From Octopus vulgaris (lineage: Eukaryota), in the NCBI GenBank assembly GCA_951406725.2, contig OX597824.1:83142001-83206000 (forward strand): a DNA stretch of 64,000 bases. Reading direction: 5' to 3'. The notes beneath the pieces are model-generated. The model worked only from the letters and a program-made list of their open reading frames with translations. It was not told the origin of the DNA and did no database searches. This document shows, in pieces, positions 26,865 through 39,328 of the stretch (within the stretch, counting starts at the first letter, position 1; every line of letters begins with the position of its first letter). Made by a program: the position numbers and the translations under genes.

Positions 26865-27352
26865 TGTTACATTATTTACATTCGACGGATATTTGTCCTC
26901 ATCTTGTTTGTTGTTAACACATTTCGGCTGATATATCCTCCAGCCTTCTTCAGGTGTCTTTTGTACCTGGGTTCTCATTCCTAAGGTATTCTTCGATGTT
27001 ATCATTATTATTATTATTATTATTATCATTATTGGAATCGAACTCGGAATCTGGGGGTTAGTAGCCTGTGCTCTTAACCACTACGCCATATGCCCGTGGG
27101 TAATTATGGAGTGAATTTTAGGGCTTATAAATCTAATATTTTTCTATCCTTCCTTAATACTGGTTCCCATATGCTGCTCATATCTGCACTCAGTCTGCTT
27201 AGGAGGTTGTTGCGTCCTAGCATATGTGCTGCTTCTTTTAGTTTTCATATTTTCCAGTGGTGTTCTCTGTCTATTATTTTAACCTTCATCCCACAGGGGG
27301 AAGTGGTCTCCAGTTTCCCATACATGATCGGCTATACCTGATTTATCAATAT
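26865..27352 (-). mobile_element. Penelope-like element 3' fragment: GIY-YIG C-terminal remnant + tRNA-like cassette + hammerhead motif
   Basis: 27352-27125 translates IDKSGIADHVWETGDHFPLWDE/VKIIDREHHWKI*KLKEAAHMLGRNNLLSRLSADMSSIWEPVLRKDRKILDL*. tRNA-like segment at 27095-27031; CTGAAGA-aggctg..cagcc-GAAA at 26953-26922. Confidence 0.8.
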
Positions 27353-27736
27353 CTTTATATTTATAAATATAGAACTGAATCAATATGTTGTTTGTCAGTC
27401 AAACTTCTTTAGTCACTGTTCGCAACCTTTTCAATGACTCAGGGACTTAGTGATTTCCTCTCTCACTGCAAGGCAGGCCTTGGAGCAAGAGGGGGGTCAC
27501 TAAATCACTGAAAAGGTCGCAACTTTCACAAACAAACAACTGATTGGTTCCTTACCCCTTATAATCTTTCCCCCATCTCTCATATCTATGGACAGGTAGT
27601 TTCTTTTCAAGCTACTCCATTACAGTGCGTGCAAATGAGGGCTTAGCAATAAGTAGGCGGTGGCCTTATAAGCAGGCCTGTGATGTATTCATCGTCCATG
27701 TGCTTCAGACTTTTACCACAAACTTTGCATATTCAA

Positions 27737-27957
27737 CCCTTCAGCATTCAGAATACTCTGTCAAACATAAGGCTTATTTATTCACATTCTTTTGAAGTAA
27801 TCATGCATTATCTTGTAGCTTCGGGATTTTTTATGAGGTGAGTGTCTATATTTGGAATGACATTGTAGGGTAGGTGTGAGAGGCCATGTCTGGTCAGTTT
27901 GAACATAAAACAAGTAGAATATTTTGGCCAGATATGGCTGGTTTAAATGCTAAAGGA
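27737..27957. mobile_element. TTAA-type (piggyBac-like) MITE, degenerate
   Basis: tcaa|cccttcagcatt ... aatgctaaagga|tcaa inverted termini. Confidence 0.6.
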
Positions 27958-28019
27958 TCAATGGATTTAATATAAATGAACCAATGAATAGTTGATGACT
28001 TTCAGAAAGTCATTTTTTT

Positions 28020-28296
28020 TACTGGCACTTGTGCAGGTGGCACGTGAAAAGCACCATTTGAGCATGGCCGTTGCCAGTACCACCTGACTGGCCCTCATGC
28101 CGGTGGCACGTAAAAGCACCCACTACACTCTCGGAGTGGTTGGCGTTAGGAAGGGCATCCAGCTGTAGAAACTCTGCCAGATCAAGATTGGAGCCTGGTG
28201 CAGCCATCTGGTTCGCCAGTCCTCAGTCAAATCATCCAATCCATGCTCGCATGGAAAGCGGACGTTAAACGATGATGATGATGATGATGATGATGA
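28020..28296 (+). mobile_element. SINE-like family C copy
   Basis: Family match with (GAT)n tail. Similar copies at 11115-11312, 22655-22995, 29310-29674, 39675-39965 and 48125-48340. Confidence 0.82.
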
Positions 28297-30313
28297 TTTG
28301 TTGCATTTCCAGTTATATAAGCATTGCCAGTAACAGAAATGGGTAGACACATAGGGATACATTTATATCTAAAATATGATATAATATGTTGGCCAAGGGC
28401 AAATGTAAGATAAACAAAAACAAAAAAAAAACAAGGAAAAAAAGAAAAATTATAAATGGGGCCATTAATAAAAGAGTTTTCTTAACTGATCCCAAGTGTA
28501 GATGAAGTTTTTACTGACCTATATTCAGACAACTCTTGACTACCTCGTCAAAAAGCCACAACAGTAATATGTAACTTGAGAAAACCTTAAGTTGAAGGCA
28601 GACTTAAATAAAGCAAGCTTAGACAAGTCAGACTAACAGACAGACAGCAGAGCAGATAAAATATATCTTGCAAGAAAGCACTTATTCCAAGTAATGGCTA
28701 AGTTAATGAAAACAAAAAAAAAAAACATACACCTGGTTCGCTGCAGATTTCTGCAGAGTCTGACCTTCAGAGTAATTGATACCAACCGACCGATTTAACT
28801 GCAGACAGCCTTGTCAGAGAAATATTGAGTAACAATTACATTCAGTCATTCTCAAACAGACAAACTACAACAACAGCAACTACAACTACAACAGACAATA
28901 ACTGAACTAATCCCAGGATCAGAAAACTAAACAGTCGAACCAAACATAAAAGATAAGAGATTCTATGAAATATTTATCTCCTGTCTGTTTCAAACATTCC
29001 TGGTTTAGACTTGGATTCTTTCCAGTTTCTTGAAATATTGTTCAACAAAAGAAGAAGAAAACAACAAAAACAAAACAAACAGTCATCAAATAAATGGCTG
29101 TAATTAATCTATTTTAGAAATAAATATTGATTTCTAGCATAGGCACAAGACCATGAGAACGAGGTAGGGGTAAGGAACAGTCGGTATGCGGTATGGTATG
29201 GTATGGTATGGTTAAGACATATTCTTCACAATCACAGGATTCTTGGCTCACTCCCATTGCAGCAGAGAACCTTGAGCAAATGTCTTCTATCACAAGGGTT
29301 TTGAGTTGACGTTTGGCCGATGCCAGCGCCGCCTAGGCTGGCTTCCGTGCCGGTGGCAAGTAAAAAGCACCAATCCGATCATGGCCGATGCCAGCGCCAC
29401 CTTGACTGGTTTCCATGCCGGTGGCACGTAAAAAGCACCAATCCGATCATGGCCGTTGCCAGCCTCGCCTGGCACCTGTGCCAGTGGCATGTAAAAAGCA
29501 CCCACTACGCTCACGGAGTGGTTGGCGTTAGGAAGGGCATCCAGCTGTAGAAACACTGCCAGATCAGACTGGAGTCCGGTGCAGCCCTCTGGCTTCCCAG
29601 ATCCCCGGTCGAACCGTCCAACCCATGCTAGCATGGAGAACGGACGTTAAACGATGATGATGATGATGATGATGAAAGACTGTGGAGCTAAGATATGGTA
29701 GGGGGGAAACTATGCAGAAACCTGTCAGAGGGATTACTTCATTGTTCCTGTTAGCATGTAGCAGGTTTTAATTTACCATTAAATAGAAGTTACATGGGCA
29801 AGTGGTCAGGGTATAGCACTCATGATCTTGAGATTATGATTTCGATCCCTACAATATGCCGGAATATTCCAACAGCACATAGTATATAGGATTAATCCAA
29901 GAACACGCAGCACATTGGATTACTCCTAGAGCACGCAGTATGGTGAGGGGATGTGGCTTAATGGTTACGGTATTGCACTCATGGTCACTTGACCATGGTT
30001 TTGATTCCTGGATCATTTGTGTTCTCAATTGTGTTCTTGAGCAAATCACTTCTTTTCTTGTTTTTCCAATCCACTCGGCTGCAAATGAGTAACTCTGCAA
30101 CAATGGACTGGTGTCCCATCCAGGGGGGGGGGGGGATGTTGTCACTTACATGCCATGGAAACTAGATAACTAGTCTGATGAGTCCTCGAGTCAACTAAAG
30201 CCTTGTGAGTCTGGTAAAGTGTAACTGTGAAGACACATATGTGTAAATGGATATTAGCTTCTCTGGTTGTTTTGTTTTTTCCTTTATGACTGAATTAACT
30301 TTGCCTTCATTAA

Positions 30314-30723
30314 ACTCTTTTACTCTTTTACTTGTCTCAGTCATTTGACTGTGGCCATGCTGGAGCACCGCCTTTAGTCGAGCAAATCGAACCCCAGGAC
30401 TTATTCTTTGTAAGCCTAGTACTTATTCTGTCGGTCTCTTTTGCCGAACCACTAAGTTATGGGGACGTAAACACACAAGCATCAGTTGTCAAGCGATGTT
30501 GGGGGGGACAAACACAGACACACATATACACACACACATACATATATATATACATATATACGATGGGCTTCTTTCAGTTTCCAACTACCAAATTCACTCA
30601 CAAGGCTTTGGTTGACCCAAGGCTATAGTAGAAGACACTTGCCCAAGGTGCCACGCAGTGGGACTGAACCCGGAACCATGTGGTTGGTAAGCAAGCTACT
30701 TACCACACAGCCACTCCTGCACC
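30314..30723 (-). mobile_element. SINE family A copy ~175 bp downstream of the F-box exon donor
   Basis: Full-length match. Confidence 0.88.
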
Positions 30724-30896
30724 TAAAAAAAATTAATACCAGATTCTGTACTTAGGTTGATATAATAAATGAGAAACCTAGAAGCAGGGGCCCCAGCTTG
30801 GTAGCATTCAAATGACTGAAATAAGTAAACTGATAAAAGATTATCAAACATGAAAAGAGGTAGTGTTTATTAAATAGAAAATGAGTCGTTTCTTAC

Positions 30897-31041
30897 CATA
30901 ATTCACTGTCATTGCTTATGGTACGGAATCTTTTACTAACTTGAGCAGCTCGGCACAAATCAAACTCTAATAGAAAACTAAAAATCTTCAGCATCACTTC
31001 ATCGGGTAATTTATCCTGGAAGTACTCCTCCCCTGACGTAT
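30897..31041 (-). CDS. FBXO11: FBXO11-like F-box domain exon (145 bp, phase 1-2)
   Basis: Poly-T acceptor ...ctattgacAG|AT ACG TCA... encodes [48 protein letters not shown], a canonical F-box (LPDE..LKIFS.L...DL......V.KRF). Closely matches FBXO11 [27 protein letters not shown]. Donor TG|GTAAGA. Confidence 0.95.
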
Positions 31042-31173
31042 CTGTCAATAGAAAAAAAAAAAAAACAGCTGTTATATACACACACATATATATAATTGGC
31101 AAAATTATCATTTCAGCTGATAAGGCAGCATCCAAACATTATCCATATTAATAGCTATCTATCTATCAATACT

Positions 31174-31307
<134 letters not shown>

Positions 31308-31730
31308 GAATAGAAAGATGATGGATTAGTAGGCTGAAACTTCAAAGCCACAAGTCAATACTATTCTTCTTGAAAACTAATAAATCTGTACTCTACAAAA
31401 GTACGGAGTAACCCTTCAGATTAAAGTAAAATTATTTTTATTATAAGTGAACATGAAAACAAATACACACATGTACGCATACACACACACACACACACAC
31501 ACACACAATGATATGAAATGTTAAAATCCAAGGATCAAGGTGTAGGAAGCTAGTAAGCTTCAAGCAGCCCATTGTAGATGTAAAAAAAAACTTTCGGGAA
31601 CAATAATAGTTTATTGGTGTTGAAGGTTGTAGGTTATTCTCACATTGGAGTTCGATAAGCTGAAAAAAATTATTTTATAGTTCACAGCATCCAGGGTTGC
31701 TATGAATGCATAAGAAATCAAGAATTAGGA

Positions 31731-32293
31731 AATGGAGTAGATAAAATCCAGGCTACATGTGTTTTCTAGCTAGCAGAACCTCGGAAGTAATAATTTCTCA
31801 ACAAGGGGTACTCCACTCCTAAATATCCTAAAAATTCATCACTTCCTTTTTTCTTTGATTCTGTCTAAATGTATATACTTAGATACAACAATAATATTTA
31901 TTAATTTATTTTTCATTGACACAGTAAACAACCACAGCTTAATATTCACAACAACCCTCCCCTAGTCAGCTTCAATCTAACCAAAATTCCCCCTCTTCTC
32001 CCTCTCTTTTCCTTTATTCCTAACAGCCTTAGATAATTACTCACTCCCATATTTTCATACATGTGTTTTTCTAATCTTTTTTTCTCACTCCGTTTTTCCA
32101 GCTTTGCCACTCATTTTAAGTCAAATCTCCTGGGAGTTAACTCAGGATCCCTTGATGACAAAGTAACCTTCATTTAACTAAGGTGTCTTCAGCCTGATGA
32201 GTAACAAGTGGAGTACCCCTCACTGAGTAATAATTACTTCCAAGGTTCTGCTAACAAGGAAACATATGTAGCCTGGATTTTAATGCTCCATTC
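31731..32293 (+). mobile_element. Inverted repeat pair (31731-31817 / 32207-32293) with hammerhead-like motifs; probable Penelope-like remnant
   Basis: Arms ~80% complementary by eye; CTGATGA at 32194-32200 and GAAACATATGTA-gcctg at ~32259. Confidence 0.55.
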
Positions 32294-32420
32294 CCTCAAT
32301 TTGGATATATATATAATGTTCTAGGGTCAATTCATTCAAACAAAACCTCTCAAGGTGGTGTCCCGGCAAGGCCAGTTAGGTGACTAAAACAAATAAAAGA
32401 TAAAGGATATATATATATAT

Positions 32421-32826
32421 TACTCTTTTACTTGTTTCAGTCATTGACTGTGGCCATGCTGGAGCACCACCTTTAGTCGAGCAACTCGACCCCAGGACTT
32501 ATTCTTTTGTAAGCCCAGTACTTATTCTATCGGTCTCTTTTTGCCGAACCTCTAAGTGACGGTGACATAAACACACCAGCATCGGTTGTCAAGCAATGCT
32601 AGGGGGACAAACACAGACACACAAACACAAACACACACACACATACATATATATATACATATATACGACGGGCTTCTTTCAGTTTCCGTCTGCCACATCC
32701 ACTCACAAGGCTTTGGTCGGCCCAAGGCTATAGTAGAAGGCACTTGCCCAAGGTGCCATGCAGTGGGACTGAACCCGGAACCATGTGATTGGTAAACAAG
32801 CTACTTACCACACAGCCACTCCTGCG

Positions 32827-32829
<3 letters not shown>
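32421..32829 (-). mobile_element. SINE family A copy flanked by ~93-bp direct repeats
   Basis: Flanks 32315-32407 and 32866-32958 differ at only 2 positions. Confidence 0.88.
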
Positions 32830-32868
<39 letters not shown>

Positions 32869-32955
32869 GTCCTAGGGTCAATTCATTCAAACAAAACCTC
32901 TCAAGGTGGTGTCCCTGCAAGGCCAGTTAGGTGACTAAAACAAATAAAAGATAAA

Positions 32956-32997
<42 letters not shown>

Positions 32998-33002
<5 letters not shown>

Positions 33003-33215
33003 CAAAAACTACCAATAAATTTCCAGCTAAAATATACACATGGCTGAAATCAGGCTAGTGAGAGAAAATTAAAAAAGACCTCATGTTAATTTTAATTTTC
33101 TCTCACTAGCCCAATTTTAGCCATGTGTATATTTTAGCTGGGGTTTTTGGTAGTTTTTGAAGGTGTTGGCACTTCAAGTATGCTGAAGAAGGGTCGTTTT
33201 CGCCTGATCTCCCTT
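32998..33215 (+). mobile_element. Fold-back palindrome (32998-33164) directly after (TA)n, followed by CTGAAGA
   Basis: accttcaaaaactacca...cagctaaaatatacacatggct...ggctagtgagagaaaattaaaa and its reverse complement; CTGAAGA at 33183-33189. Confidence 0.6.
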
Positions 33216-33340
33216 GCTCCCTTGATATAATTACATACATATGTACATCATTATTAATTCAATGTATTAATTGCCCATAAATTTTTATAGCATGCTGACT
33301 ACTTGATAAAAATCATTAACATGAATTTTACCCTTAAATC

Positions 33341-33379
<39 letters not shown>

Positions 33380-33994
33380 ATCATCATCATCATCTTTTAA
33401 CGTCCGTTTTCCATGTTAGCATGGGTTGGACAGTTCGACCGGGATCTAGGAAGCCAGAAGGCTGCACCAGATGAATTTGTTAGATAGAAAACTGTGCTGA
33501 AACCTGTTGTGTGTGTGTTTGTCCCTCATGACCACCACCACCACTTGACAATCAATGTTGATTTGTCTATGTTCCCATAACTTAGCAGTTTGGCGAAAGG
33601 GACCAATAGAATAAGTACCAGAATTTAGGAAAGCAAATAAATAAGCAGATAAATAAATAAGTACTGGGGTCGATCTGTTTGACTAAAACTCTATAAGGCA
33701 GTAACCCCCCAGCATGGTTGCAGTCCAATGACTTCAACAAGTAAAAGATGAAAGAAGCTGCCACAAGTGAAACTGTAATGTAACAAGAAACATTCTTTAC
33801 ATATTTGTATATTTGTGTTGTGTGTGTGCGTGTGCATGTGTGTACACACGCATGTGTGTGTAGACATACATATATATATAGATTGATATAAATGTCTGTT
33901 ATTAAATAATAATCTAAATTGTTTATTTTTCTTGTCTCAACAGCTGAAGACAATCTGAAATGAAATACTTCCTAGAATCTCTGTTGTTTAACAT

Positions 33995-34047
<53 letters not shown>

Positions 34048-34048
34048 C

Positions 34049-34131
<83 letters not shown>

Positions 34132-34133
34132 AA

Positions 34134-34167
<34 letters not shown>

Positions 34168-34179
34168 ATGTATATATAA

Positions 34180-34211
<32 letters not shown>

Positions 34212-34288
34212 ATGTATGTATAAATATATATATATATATATATGTGTGTGTGACTCTGTGTGTGTGTGTATGTATGTATGTATGTACA
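33995..34288. repeat. Compound (TA)n/(TG)n microsatellite
   Basis: Direct inspection. Confidence 0.95.
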
Positions 34289-34749
34289 TTGAATTCTCAG
34301 TGCTTTCAACACTAATGATCAAATTATAATACAAACCACTGCTGTCTATATGTACCCTGCGTCAGTTAGTACCTACAAGTGTGCGTGAGAATATGTGTGT
34401 ATGTGTCTGTCTGTCTGTCTGTCTATCTCTCTGTGCGTGCACTCGTGTATCTGTGTATGTGCATGCAAGTGTGTATGTGTGTGTGTGTGCAATTTAAGCA
34501 AATATGTACACCAAATGGTGTGCATGCGAGCAAACACAACTATGTTTATTTGTAAGGGTGTAACTTTCCTAAGTCCATGTAAAAAACTAAAGAAAAATAA
34601 GTACCCAGTGTTTTTCTATTTGCAAAAATTATATCTGCCTGTATGCGTGTACATGTGTACATGCGTATACGTATATATGTGTATGACAGCCTGTGTGGCC
34701 GTGTGCTAATGTTAGAAATAGTTATTATCTTTATATAATAATTACGATT

Positions 34750-35215
34750 AAGGCAGCACGCTGGCAGAATCGTTAGCACACTGGGCAGAGCACTTAATGG
34801 CATTCTGTCTGTCCTTACGTTCTGAGTTCAAATTCCACTGAGGTTGACTTTGCCTTTCATCCTTTTGGGGGTCAATAGAGTAAGTACCAGTTGAGTACTA
34901 GGGTTGTTGTAATTGACTAATCTCCTCTGCACAAATTTCAGGCCTTGTGCCTATGGTAAATATAATCATTATTATTATCATCGTTAAGGTAATGAGCAGG
35001 CAGAATCATTAGCATGTCAGGTAAAAAATGCTGAACAGCATTTCATTCGTCCTTATGTTCTGAGTTCAAATTCCACTGAGGTTGACTTTGCCTTTCATCC
35101 TTTCGGGGGTCAATAGAGTAAGTACCAGTTGAGTACTAAGGTTGTTGTAATTGACTAATCCCCTCCCTTTAAATTTCAGGCCTTGTGCCTATAGTAGAAA
35201 TGATTATCAATATTA
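34750..35215 (+). mobile_element. Two tandem SINE D variants ((ATT)n-tailed subfamily)
   Basis: Family D core with end aaatttcaggccttgtgcctat...attatt. Confidence 0.8.
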
Positions 35216-35561
35216 CTATGGCTCCTTGCACATCCACCCTTCAACCCTACCCATTCTGACAGTCGACCCCACCCCCTATCACCTCATTCTCCTTCCCATA
35301 CAATCTTACAAGCCAATGCTTCAACTCACTTTGTGCCTTGTGGTGCCACCTAAGCACTTAACTGCTATATCTATCTCTCACAGCACCTTCTCTTCACTTT
35401 CTCTTTCTCTCCCGTTCTCCTACTAGAAGTAAGTAGCCATGCAGATCCTCTACATGAACCTGCACTGGCCCTCACCCATCACTTCTCACAGTTCGATCTC
35501 TTTGTCCACAAGCATGAGGGTTATACCCTATATCCCACCCAGGGTTTGTAGTTCTGTGCAT

Positions 35562-35988
35562 AGATCTTTTCGGTTTGAGCAGCAGTTTTTTCTAGCAGCG
35601 TCATACGAAATTGTCACCCATAATTATGACCCTAGTATCGATCTAGTGCATTTCAATCTGTTTTAGGGTTAGTTAGGGTCAGGGTTAGGGGTGGAGGAAA
35701 GGGTATCTATTTTTCTTCAGAAATGTAAATAAACCCAATCTGTTTCTTAAACGAGGGACATATTCATACAGCACAGAGTGTTTTCACCTCAATAGACGTC
35801 ATTGATTGGTTGAAATTGAAGAAATTGAAGAAGAAAACAACAAATATCTTACAAACTATAGAATTTTCTCAATAAAGCCAAGAGAAAAAGCTGTTTTATA
35901 AACACATTCTACCAGTATACGAAGTTTAAAAGTGTTTAGTTACGTGGAAATTATTTTTAAAAAACTGCCGTTCAAACCGAAAAGATCC
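35562..35988. mobile_element. Non-autonomous DNA transposon (427 bp), ~29-bp TIRs, 8-bp TSD, internal TTAGGG-like tract
   Basis: ctgtgcat|agatcttttcggtttgagcagcagttttt ... aaaaactgccgttcaaaccgaaaagatcc|ctgtgcac. Confidence 0.88.
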
Positions 35989-36620
35989 CTGTGCACTGCA
36001 TGGCAAACTCAATAGTGCAGGTTGCACAAAAAAAGCACCCAACCAGAAGATCACTTGGAGAGACTAGGTGTGTTTTAAAACCTGGAAAGATGATTTCTTC
36101 AATGTATAAAACTATTAGCAGCTCATAATTGTATACTGTGTACATTAAACAATAGTTCAAATTTACAGGAAACAGAAGTCAAAGACAGGTGAAGGAACAA
36201 TATGCAGGTGTATTAGTTTAACACTTGAGAAGAATGGAAAAGTCTTTGGCATTTCGAGCCTACGCTCTTCAACAGAAAGGATTGAGAGGGAAAAAAATGG
36301 AGAGAACACCAAAAAAGAGGGGGTGATAAAAAATGTGTAGAGATTAACGATCCACCATGATGAAATTGTGAGAAGAAAGAGGCTGAGTATAAAAGAGATG
36401 ATAATGGTAACCTGGCTGAGCTAGGGTACGCAAGCGCATGTATGTATGTGAGAATGGTGTGTGTGAGTGTATATGAGTGAATGGAGGCAAGTGCATGAGT
36501 ATGTATGTGTGGGTGAGCTTAGAATTATGTGGGCCCCTGGGTGTGCATGAATATAAGTAACCTAGTACATACATTTCATGGAGTGATGTACATTTCATGC
36601 ACTGGTGTTTATGTGTGTGC

Positions 36621-36652
<32 letters not shown>

Positions 36653-36654
36653 AC

Positions 36655-36905
36655 AAATGCACCCTTTTAAAGCCTAGCCAGGCTCATGGGCCCAGTTTCC
36701 CGGTTTCTGTGGCGTATGTGTTCCCCAGCTGAATGGGACGCCAGTCCATCACAGCGTTACTCATTTTTGCCAGCTGAGTGGACTGGAGCAACATGAAATG
36801 AAGTGTTTTGCTCAAGAACACAACGCGTCGCCCGGTCCAGGAATCGAAACCACAATCTTACGATCATGGTGCTGACACCCTAACCATTAAGCCACGCGCC
36901 TCCAC
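36655..36905 (-). mobile_element. tRNA-derived SINE (B-type head, variant body)
   Basis: Reverse complement head gtggaggcgcgtggcttaatggttagggtgtcagcaccatgatcgtaagattgtggtttcgattcctggaccgggcg. An older relative lies at ~49530-49780. Confidence 0.75.
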
Positions 36906-37740
36906 ACACACACACGACAGGCTTCTTTCAGCTTCTGTTTACCAGACCCACTCATAAGGTACCACACAATGGGACTGAATCCAGAACCATGAGGTGAAGG
37001 AGCAAACTTCTTACCACATAGCAACACCCGCACCTATAGCCTTATTCAGGCGTAACCTTTACTTTAAATTCTTATTATTTCAAATCTTACAGAGTCCAAC
37101 TCTGCTTTAAACTCTACTAGACTTTAAGGATTTTTAACAGTAGTAGTCTATGGTAGAATATTATTTGGTGTTGATAAGGACAAGACAGAAGCAGGCTTTG
37201 TGTTAATAACCAACAACATATTTATTCTGTTAAACCATACAAATCAACTACAAGGGCCAACTAAGGACAAGAACATAAAAATCTAGTTAAAAATGACTGA
37301 GAAACAAAAGCTAGCATTTATAATATAAAGATGTTTATGCATGTGTCTCTGCATCTGTGTTGATAATCCCAGAGAATGAAAGATGAATTTGTGTGAATTT
37401 GCTATTTTCCATTTATAATCAAATCCCCCAAATTGTAAGAGCGATAACATAAATAATGTATAAGTTTGCGTAGAATATGTGACTTTTCCATCTCCAATCA
37501 GTTTACAAGTCACACAAGTGCAAATGAGCCTCTTCTGGTGCTGTTCTTTTATTCTTCTACTTGTTTCAGTCATTTGACTGCGGCCATGCTGGGGCACTGC
37601 CTTTAGTGGAGAAAATCGACCCCCAGAGCTTATTCTTTGGAAGCCTAGTATTTATTCTATTGGTCTCTTTTGCCGAGCCACTAAGTTACGGGAACGTAAA
37701 CACACCAGCATCGGTTGTCAAACGATGTTGAGGGGACAAA

Positions 37741-37772
37741 CACATACACATACATACATACATACATACATA

Positions 37773-37806
<34 letters not shown>

Positions 37807-37903
37807 CATACATGCATGCATACATACATACATGCATGCATGCATACATACATACATATATACATACATGCATGCATACATACATACATGCATGCATGCA
37901 TAC

Positions 37904-37958
<55 letters not shown>
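37741..37958. repeat. (TACA)n/(TGCA)n/(TA)n microsatellite expanded inside a family A SINE
   Basis: Direct inspection. Confidence 0.92.
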
Positions 37959-37959
<1 letters not shown>

Positions 37960-38175
37960 TAATTAAACAAGAGAGACAGAGACAGGCAGAAACAAGGAAA
38001 ATGACACTTGTATTTGAACACTATGCAAATATTCTTTTCAAAAAACTTTTCTTTTAATTTTTCTAAATTTAATCATTTAATTGTTACAGTTGAAAAAGTC
38101 TCAATGACTGAAACCGGTACTGAAATGTTTCTTATAAAATTATTTTAGCATTTTCTGTTTTGACTTTTTTTCCCA

Positions 38176-38230
<55 letters not shown>

Positions 38231-38621
38231 TCGACGGGCTTCTTTCAGTTTCTGTCTACCAAATCCACTCACAAGGCTTTGGTCGGCCTGAGGCTATAGT
38301 AGAAGAGACTTGCCCAAGGTGCCATGCAGTGGGACTGAACCCAGGACCATGTGGTTGGTAAGCAAGCTACTAACCACACAGCCACTCGACAGAAAATGAA
38401 ATGAGTGTATGAGAGAATTGTTCATTTTTTTTTTTCTTTTCTTTCCACTATGCCACCCAACGATGGTTTGGGTGGACCCATGACAATCTCTAAAAAAAAA
38501 AAAAATAAAGTAAACCAGGAGTGGCTGTGTGTTTAGTAGCTTGCTTACCAACCACATGGTTCCAGGTTCAGTCCCACTGCATTGCATCTTGGGCAAGTGT
38601 CTTCTGCTATAGCCCCGGGCC

Positions 38622-39328
38622 GATACAATGGAGTTGTTTGATTGGTAGAAATAACAATGTGTCAGATGCACCAAATATTTTAGATATATTCTTGTTTCTG
38701 TGTTTTTTCCTTTTTTTTTTTGCTTTTTGAACTTCTGTGTACAACAGCATGTCCCCAGTCACTTATTGTTAATAATTAGTGCCATAGGCTTTTAATGTAC
38801 TGTATTTGATCAAAAAATAACGATGGAGCCGAGAGTTGTCCACAACAGGTTGATAAAGTAATTACAAGTCAAACACCAGACTGGATTTAATTGACAGTAT
38901 CCACCTGGAAAATGTATGGCTATTTGCCATTATAAGGTCAAAAGAACTGGAAGAACGGAACAGATGCACAAACGATAGCCATTCTATTAATTGAAAAACG
39001 GTGGCCACAGATAAGAGACACATGATACAATGGAGTTGTTTGATTGGTAGAAATAACAATGTGTCAGATGCACCAAATATTTTAGATTTTCTTTTTCTTT
39101 TTTTTCCTTTTTTTTTTTTGCTTTTTGAACTTCTGTGTACAACAGCATGACAGTCACTTATTGTTAATAATTAGTGCCAAGGCTTTTAATGTTGTATTTG
39201 ATCAAAAAAACAAACGATGGAGCCGAGAGTTGTCCACAACAGGTTGATAAAGTAATTACAAGTCAAACACCAGACTGGATTTAATTGACAGTATCCACCT
39301 GGAAAATGTATGGCTATTTGCCATTATA
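38622..39328 (+). repeat. Direct duplication of ~310 bp unique sequence (period ~402 bp), followed by an A-rich tract
   Basis: gatacaatggagttgtttgattgg...tatttgccattata starts at 38622 and 39024. Confidence 0.9.

Larger units (their letters stand above)
341..30896 (-). other. FBXO11: Intron of FBXO11-like gene (30,556 bp, GT-AG, phase 2)
   Basis: Flanking exons splice in frame and give a continuous FBXO11-like peptide (..SELW|RVLYKDVFEY..). Confidence 0.88.

Noticed and set aside
28725-28830. Possible cassette/poison exon on the minus strand (..gaaccag|gtgtatg)
   Set aside because: Weak splice signals, and the flanking FBXO11 exons are already contiguous by homology; no support without RNA-seq.
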